From Xylographa opegraphella (taxonomy: Eukaryota): a DNA stretch of 42,538 nucleotides. The notes beneath the pieces are model-generated. The model was not told the origin of the DNA and made no database searches. It saw only the letters and a program-made list of their open reading frames with translations. Each line of letters begins with the position of its first letter. Position 1 is the stretch's first letter. The translations under genes and the position numbers were made by a program. This document shows positions 35,020-42,538 of the stretch, piece by piece. The stretch covers positions 62,001 to 104,538 of the forward strand of contig JALDZX010000064.1 in NCBI GenBank assembly GCA_022813865.1. The letters run 5' to 3'.

Positions 35020-35585
35020 TTACTTTTTGGCCACAGCTGTCGCGAGATCTGTCAAAGCCTCCTTGCGCTTGAACCTTGCATCCTCAATAACCCCTATCAT
35101 ACATCAGTTCGAGTGCTTGATCCAACCGATTGCACGCGGTGAGAAGAACATACCAGCATCGGCATCCGATGAGAAGTTTCCCGACCATTGCACGAACGTG
35201 GAGCCTTCATGCTGCCCGGATGTGACAGCAAAACAACGAATGGTGGAGATGACGCTAGTGTAGCTCAGTGCAGGAGCGGCAGTGATTACGCTGGCATAAT
35301 TGTCAGCAATATCCCAACCTTTGTGTTGGTTTCTTACCTATACGTGATGAAGTGATCAATCGTAGAATGCTCCTCTTGCTTAACTTCCAGGACGGTCCCG
35401 TCCTTGAACGTCCACTTCACCACATCGGTCTCATGAGAGCTACCTTTGACATGTTGGCTTTTCTCCAGCTTGGTCCAGAAGTGGTGGAAGTCTTGCAGTT
35501 TGATTAAGTGCCAGACTGCTGACAGTGGAGCATTGATGACTGCGGATTCAGTAACCGAGGTGGAAGTTGGGATGCGTGAAGACAT
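35020..35585 (-). CDS. Bet v1-like / SRPBCC (polyketide cyclase-dehydrase-like) protein, 3 exons
   Basis: MSSRIPTSTSVTESAVINAPLSAVWHLIK...WTFKDGTVLEVKQEEHSTIDHFITY|SVITAAPALSYTSVISTIRCFAVTSGQHEGSTFVQWSGNFSSDADA|GVIEDARFKRKEALTDLA; canonical introns. Confidence 0.8.
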
Positions 35586-35979
35586 GATTGGGTAATATTT
35601 GAGTATGGAGAGCTTTGAGGTGGGAGAGTTTAGTTATGCGTTTCGTATCAATTGAAACAGTATTTTGATTCCAACACTGCATATCGTGAAAGTCTCACCA
35701 CCTGCGGGATAGGACCTAAAGCTACGTCATCGGTGGCCTTCCCTTTGTTAGCCTTCTCACTTTAGTGTTTCTCGCCTCAGAACCCAATGTGATTGTCAAC
35801 AAGCTTGGGAAAGGTAGGAGAGCTCTATACCAGCTCTTGTTCTCTACCAGAACCATCAAGGCCTCTCAGAAAAGAAAGAATATTCTTCCCTCTCGCCTCT
35901 CGGGCCCTCTCGGGCTGTCTACTACCGTTATTGACTGACGACCCATTCGCCAAAGATCCGCGAAGTATCTTTCCGCAAG

Positions 35980-37124
35980 ATGGGGGGTGGTTCAGAAGTT
36001 CCACCACAGCTGGCAGCAGATATACAACAAGAAACGAAGATGATTGTAGACATACAGAGCAAGAAAGAGATCACGGTGTTGGTTACTGGCTGTGGTGTAT
36101 GTTTCTTTAATATTTAAGCTCTTATTGGTTTTCTCCACTGCGCATCTATGGGACTTCTAGTTACTAGTACTGTTATGGCACGAACAGGATAAATCTGCTG
36201 TCCAATGTTTGAGCTCTTCTCTGTTGCAGAATAGAGCATGGTGGAGTGCGAAGTCTTCCCAACGATGTTAAATTGTCTGAGGCTTTCAATGCCACTGATC
36301 ATTCAACGCAGCCATTTCCTCGCCACAGTCAGCGCAATGAGAATACCTCCCATCTGATCACGAAGCTTCTCCCATCTCACATTGCAGCACATTCGACTTT
36401 CAACCCGACTAGCTACACCATCAAGATCCTCAACCCCACATCAGCGGAAGGGAAGTACATCCGAGTGGAATATGCTTATATCAGACAATATATTCAAAAG
36501 CTTTACAATGACTACGCAGAAACCGTTGATCTGATGTTGCATCTCGGCATGGCAGACGGTTGGGACTTCTACACTGTCGAAAGGTTCGCATATCGAGAGG
36601 GGTTTACCAGCTCATGGTCGGGAGCGATAGGAACAGGAAGAGGATATTATTGTGAATTGGATGATGAAGCAGGAAAGACTGCTGAGGATATCACGGAAGA
36701 CGAGGGCAAAGGAATGTGGCTCAACATGCCAATGGGGCTAAGCCCGGGCTTAGACGTCGATGGGGTGGCAAGGAAGAGTATGGAAATTCTAAAGGTTGAT
36801 GGGACGGAGACCATGCTGGCTGCTTACGAAAGGTGCAAAAGAGACACCAATCACGCAGGCCTCCCTGACACAGTACGGAGCATGCCCTTAGTTAAAGATG
36901 TGAATGTGGTTCCGCATCACGAAGCAGGCTCTTATTGTTGTGGTTTCATCTACTACGAGAGCCTGGCAACCGCCCTGACAAGACCGAAGCCAACACCCCA
37001 CGTCTTATTCTCTCACGTGCCGGGCGAGAGCGATACGAAGAGCTTGCAAAGGGGTAGAAGCGCTGTTCTTGCCATTATCGGCGCGGCGTGTGACCAGATA
37101 ATCGATCAACAGGGAGCTCTATAG
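35980..37124 (+). CDS. Pyroglutamyl-peptidase I-like (peptidase C15); exons 35980-36096, 36312-37124
   Basis: ITVLVTGCG|PFP...NENTS, DLMLHLGMA, YTVERFAYREG (Glu), EAGSYCCGFIYYESL (Cys), VLFSHVP (His). Confidence 0.85.
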
Positions 37125-37768
37125 ATTCTTTTCGAGATGATTTCCAGTCTGGTCACAAGTGGAACTTTAGGAGAATGATATTGTTCTCGCAGCTACAAGA
37201 GAGGAGAGCCCATAGATAGATGTATCGCTATTGGCAAACCGGTTGTCAGATCGCTTCATCTACGTGTGTAATGAGTGCATATGACGTGATCATCACACCC
37301 CTGGAGCGAAGCTGGGTTCGCCGCTGCTGGACATGAAAAGACCCGGAAACTTTATTACACCTTCGGAAGCTTGCAGAATCCGGAGGCAATGCAGTTACAA
37401 AACACGATACGGTCGACCTCCATAGAATTGTCTTTATATACCAAACGAGATGCCCGTCATATTGACCGAGGCGTGACGCATGCAAGCTAGTGAGCGTATT
37501 CCAATTGAATAATCTGCAAGTCTGACAACCACGACCTGCTTCTCCCGTTCACGATTGTGACGTGCTAGATGTCATCGAGGACTCTGCGCTCGCCCAGTCG
37601 TTTGTTTGTTCACTTCAAGAAGTGCCCAGTCTTTGGGTATTGTAGCGAAATGCTATCTTGATGAGTGAAGGGTTGTTGAATTATCTTGACAGTGCTACCA
37701 TATTGTGACGACAAAACGTTTACATGTTTGTTTGTGTGTAAAAGGATATTCTTCATTGTCCCACAAGG

Positions 37769-37913
37769 GCTGCGTGGCCTGTATAGGCCACGCAGCGAGA
37801 TGCAAACAGTGCAAATGAGGGCTTGCAGCTCTAAACGGCAGAAAATCTCAGAGCTGCAAGCCCTGAGGGCAGGAGCTTCCATGGCCACTCCAAGGCATGG
37901 ACCAAGATCCATG
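37769..37913. other. Cluster of perfect inverted repeats (hairpins)
   Basis: 12-bp stem 37769-37780/37785-37796; 15-bp stem 37818-37832/37850-37864; alternating TCCATG/CATGGA/TCCATG at 37878, 37896, 37908. Confidence 0.85.
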
Positions 37914-38164
37914 ACAATATGCCCAACGAAAGAATGAAAAATGAGCAACGACCTCGTTGCAAAACGCGCCCACAGAAGCCAGAGAATCCTTGCCAACACC
38001 CATGCGGTATTCTTGCTTTTCAGTCCACAGTTATAGTCTCCTCGACATCTGGGTCTTCTTCCCTCGACCAGTAGGTCATTCAAACTTACGGTCCTTACGC
38101 CTACCCACGGCATTCCCCCAAACACACCCTACCACCACCACCAGCATCGTTGTCTTCCTCATCA

Positions 38165-38740
38165 TCAACGACGGGCGTCGAGCACGCAGGAATGGCCACC
38201 TGCGCGCCCAACGAGGGAGCATTCCGGCACGAGCGCCGAAGAGAATGATGGGGGGGGCGAAGCAGCGTGACGATCATCTTCGGACTCGAATTCGTACGCC
38301 AAGCGCATTCGTCGCATCGAGTCTTCTAACTGCACGACGGCCAGGAATTTTGGCGGAGGCGACTGGGCTTCGAGAACTGTCTTTATAATTTTGACCGTGG
38401 AGGCCACATGCAGCCGCGTAGCGCCCCGAAGGGGTTGGAAGACCTAGATTCTCCTCGTATGTCGCTACAGAAGATATCCGCGTGGGTATTAATTGTAGCA
38501 CTCACAAGGAGCTAGAGCAGCAGAAGAGGAATAAGAAAGCGCAGAGTGGCGATCCTCCTCGGATTCCGAGACGTAGGCGGGCTGCATCCGCTGGAGGGAG
38601 TCTTCAAGCTTCGCAAACCGGGAGAGAACTTTGACGGCGGCGAAAGCACCCCCCAGCATCGCCTCGACATTGCGGACGATAGAATCCCCACGTACCGCTT
38701 TGCGTGCTTGGAGCAGGGCGGGGAAGGCCTAGGTCCTCGA
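38165..38740 (-). pseudogene. Degenerate gene fragment with an internal diverged repeat (279-nt offset)
   Basis: KLEDSLQRMQPAYVSESEEDRHSA and QLEDSMRRMRLAYEFESEDDRHAA on the minus strand, separated by a GTGAGT...TAG intron-like segment; stops and frameshifts present. Confidence 0.45.
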
Positions 38741-39019
38741 TGATTTTTTCGCTTTCGCGAGGATGGGGCCGTTTTCGTGAGACGGGATATAACTTGTGCA
38801 TAGAAGAGCTGCTGGCCCCTTCTTCAATCAGTATCGAGCAGGGGTCACGGCTCAAAGAAGACATGATTCTCAGAAATGTATTAAATATCGGCATTTTTAA
38901 ACAAAAGTCTCGAAGAATTTGAAAATAATAATGTCGTACAAATTGACTACAGCGTTGTTTTTGAGTTAACGATTTATAGACTTTTCTCGTATAAATAAAC
39001 CCAGAAGCCAGTGGTTATA

Positions 39020-40600
39020 CCCCAGGTTAGTTTTCACCCATCTTCCAGAAGTCGATTTTCTGTAGCGATGCAGGACCTCTTCGACATCGACCTCTTGGCA
39101 CAAATTCTTCTTGATCTCGGGTACCTCTGTCGAGGAGAGTAAGTCTCCTGCAGATACGATTCCAGACCCTGTAGTCGAGAACAGCGAGGTTGTCAGTTAC
39201 GGGCAACTTCGAGCCTCCAATATCATCTCCCGTTAGCACCCCTACTTCGTAGGAGCCTGGATAATCCGCTACCGTCCGCCCCTATTGCCGCGTAACAGGG
39301 AGGGCACAGCATCAAGGCACGTTTCCCAGATCGCGAAACGCATGCAGGGCGCGCTTCCTTGTTCCTAGGTATAGCGAGCCAGACGTCTCGTCCGCCGACA
39401 ATAACATCAGCAATCGTACATACCGGAGCCAGAACCTCGTAAGAGTTCCTTAGCTTCCCGTTCTGCCGACAGCACAATCGCCCTCTTCGAGGTTTCTATC
39501 GAGCTTCTTACAAAGCTTTAGAGAATATGGTCTCGCAGCCGGCTGGTTCCCCATATGTAGAAATATCGATCCTCCGCCATTTCGATCCTCCATCATATCA
39601 CAACCAGCACGCTTTCCACCCTGTGGCCGAGGGTCGAAGACGTCCCAATCACCACGCTTTCGAGCCTGTGGCTTGTGATCGGATGATAGCACTGTCCGGT
39701 CTCCTTAGCTGGCTTCTTTAGGTCCACTAGGCCTACGACGGTCCGCCGGGACTAAAGCAATTGTTCTGAAGAGTTGTCAAATATAGGGCGGACTGTAGTA
39801 AAGCCCTTGGTTGACTCGGTTGACGGAAGCGTCTAGCTGTTGGGCAAGCCCTGGCGGAGTTGAAAGGATTTGGCAAGAAAAGCGCCACTTTTGCGGTTCG
39901 AGTGTGATTAGGGAAACGGCAAGTATAAAAATTAAAGAGTACCGAACTGCCTAGAAAAGTGAGGAATCTGCCGATAATGAGATAACTGAAAAGGTACCGA
40001 ACGTTTAATGGTAAAAAGCCGGGCTGCAGCGTCCGCAAGTCTCGGCAGGATTGATAGTCGACGAAAATCTGGTAAAAGCCGAGGAAAATACTCAGCCTTT
40101 ACTGGTGGTGTACTGTGTAGAACAGTGCTACCAAGTGATGCAGCCACAGTCTAGAACCCTCCCCTGGGGTCTGGACGACGATTACAAAAGCGCAACGACT
40201 TATACCTCGAGCCTCCAGTCCCAAAGTGCGTCGCCCGAACCATATCGCTGCGCACGACAAGAGCCCATAGACTGCGACACGAAGTGTACTCCCCGGCAAG
40301 TGATCCCACAAGTCACACGTCAGCTCCTTTCCGACGGGGAACTCACGCGTAGTAGCCAGGCATCACTGGGACTTTTCGATCATCACAGTGGAAAACCCAC
40401 CACTCAACCTCGCCTGCTGCCCGCCTGGCTCTGAGGGGGGGGCCTCGCGTAAGTAGAAGAGCTCCTCAAGCAGTCCCTCCAGCTTCGCCACCCGCTTCTT
40501 TAGCGAGTCGACCTTTTCCTTTACCGCAGCCCGCAGCTTTCTTCTCTTGTTTAAGACGCTGTTTGTATATAAATAAACGAGTTCGTTGTCGATTTTACGA
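39020..40600 (-). pseudogene. Possible decayed gene of unknown family, left of the transposon
   Basis: Protein-like broken frames (coiled-coil KEKVDSLKKRVAKLEGLLEEL; SFVRSSIETSKRAIVLSAEREAKELL; GLESYLQETY) and intron-like GTATGT..TAG and CTGAC..CAG signals; no family recognised. Confidence 0.3.
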
Positions 40601-40639
40601 TCGCGCTTGTTAGGCTGCGCGAGTATCGGGCTTAGGAGT

Positions 40640-42538
40640 TTTCCCGGGGTTATGCACGGCCCGCTCTTAGTGCACACCCCTCATCCGAAACCCTAACCTC
40701 TTATTATATGGATATCTTAATGAAAATGAAGCCAATTGAAGCCGCTCTTGCTGATTTAGCATTGCAAGAGGTCTCTAATTACAGTGCTACAGACAAAAAA
40801 TACAATGTAGTGCGTACGACTCTGGCACGACGTCATAAGGGCAAAACAGCCGAAAGAGGGGTCCGGCCAAAAAATAATCAATTGCTCAATCAGGAACAGC
40901 TTCGGGGCCTCGTTCGATATATTAACGATTTGTCCGCTCGCGGCTTACCCCCTACCAATGCAATGGTGCGTACATTTGCGTATGATATTAGTGGAAAATG
41001 GCCAGGCAAAAACTGGGTTTACAGCTTCGTCAGCTCCGCCGGAAACAAGCTTTCATCAGGCTTTTTAGCTAGAGCCGAAATGAGCCGAAATAAAGCGGAC
41101 AATATATATCAATATAAGCTTTATTTCAAGCTAGTTTGTAACCCTAATGTGTATATAAACTATGCTAATAAAAGGTAGATTGAACAAAAAATAATGCAGT
41201 ATGAAATTCGCCCCTATAATGTTTATAATATGGACGAAAAGGGGTTTCTCATCGGCGTTCTGCAGAAGACTAAGCGAGTCTTTAATATAGATTACCGCCG
41301 CAGCGGCAAATTGATCGGGGCGGGCATGGATGGGAACCGAGAATGGATTACCCTAATAGGGTCTATTTGTAAGGACGGCTCCTACCCACCCCCCGCAATC
41401 ATCTATCAGGCCGATTCCGGAAACCTTCAGGACACCTGGCTTGATGCATTCGACCCTAAAGAGCATATTTGCTTCTTTAGTTCGTCTCACACCGGCTGGA
41501 CCAATGAAGGAACTGGGCTTCTCGTGGCTTACCAAGGTTTTTGACCGATTTACCAAGGAAAAAGCTCGATTCGGACGAGAATACAGGCTTCTATTTGTTG
41601 ACGGACATAACAGTCACGTTAATATGAAGTTCCTGAACTGGTGTAATCAGCATCGAATTCTAGTAGCGGTATATCCGGCGCATTCGACTCACCGCCTGCA
41701 ACCCCTGGATGTAGGGCTATTTAGCCCCTTGGCCAATTATTACTCCCAAAATGTTAGCAATTGGATGCACAAGACCCAGGGCTTATCCAGACTGACCAAA
41801 AGAGACTTCTTCGAGCTGTTTTGGGCCGCATTTTTGACTGCATTCACCCCTAAGAATATTCTTAGCGGGTGGGAGAAGACGGGTCTACAACCCCTAAATT
41901 CGACCCGCGTTCTGGATCAGATCAAGCTTCCGGAACGACCAAACTCCGCCTCAAGCACTTCCGGATCTTCTGCGCTGTCCAATACTGACTGGCGGAAGGT
42001 CCGGAAGCTGATACGGGAGGTAGTAGGGGAGGTAATGGCTCCGGAGGCGCGGAAGACCACAAATACGATCGATCGACTAACTACCGAAAATACCATTCTT
42101 CAGGCCAAAGTCGCGGACCTCCGAGAGACCGTGCGTCTCGAAAAGAACAAAAGAAGACGCGGAAAGCCTCTTTTCGATGATTTAGGGGTTGAAAATAATG
42201 GTGGCGCCATGTTTTTTAGCCCTAGCAAAATTCAGCGCGCGCGAGACCGTCAGAAAGAGAAGGAAGAAGAACGAGACCTTGTGCAGGCTCAAAAGATAGA
42301 AGCTAAGCGCCAGAAACAGCTTGCGAAAGAGGAAAGAGAACTGCTTACAGCGCAGAGGAAGGCAGGCCGCGAGGAACAGCGCCTACAGCGGCTCAAAGAG
42401 AAGGCGCAAAAACAGGCCATCCAGGCGAAGGCTCAAGAGCAACGGATAGTGGACCGACAGCTACGTTTAACAGCTGAGGAGGAGAAAAGGCAGGAAAAGA
42501 AGCGCCGACAGGTATCAAAACAAAAAGAAGTGGTTGAG
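40640..42538 (+). mobile_element. Tc1/mariner-superfamily Fot1/pogo DNA transposon, truncated by the window end; left boundary approximate
   Basis: Carries the transposase listed next. The left terminal inverted repeat cannot be confirmed because the right end is outside the window. Confidence 0.88.
40708..42538 (+). pseudogene. Fot1-like DD35D transposase (HTH + CENP-B HTH + DDE_1), intron 41134-41178, single +1 frameshift at ~41509
   Basis: KYNVVRTTLARRHKG, RGLPPT, PGKNWV, YNMDEKGFLIG, NREWITLI, GWTNE; after the frameshift ELGFSWLTKVFD, RLLFVDGHNSH, PAHSTHRLQPLDVGLFSPL. There are 35 residues between the 2nd and 3rd Asp, and the frame stays open to the window end. Confidence 0.92.

Noticed and set aside
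1..42538. CRISPR arrays, tRNA/rRNA genes, LTR pairs
   Set aside because: None seen by eye; intron-containing tRNAs could be missed without tRNAscan-SE.

Overview
Intron-rich filamentous-ascomycete (Pezizomycotina) nuclear DNA; the supplied ORF track is mostly exon fragments or antisense shadows. I rebuilt spliced models by hand. Apparently intact genes: Rap/Rsr1-type GTPase, methylcrotonoyl-CoA carboxylase beta subunit, ISY1, SLC35F/DUF914 transporter, SAM-dependent methyltransferase, a conserved hypothetical protein, an MFS transporter, a hypothetical protein with an F-box-like start, Rom2-type Rho GEF, V-ATPase c' (VMA11), a Bet v1/SRPBCC protein and a pyroglutamyl peptidase I. Decayed elements: an internally deleted A-T-TE NRPS-like (quinone/furanone synthetase-type) pseudogene head-to-head with the intact methyltransferase; a DUF2235/Tle1-like gene broken by three stops at plausible Trp positions plus a frameshift; degenerate gene fragments at 38-40.6 kb; and a Fot1/pogo DD35D transposon with one frameshift running off the right end. 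Non-coding oddities: nested hairpins near 37.8 kb, a strand-asymmetric G-depleted tract near 11.5 kb, and high-GC patches that cut across genes. Family calls come from motif recognition only; no searches were run. I found no clear intact novel multi-gene system.
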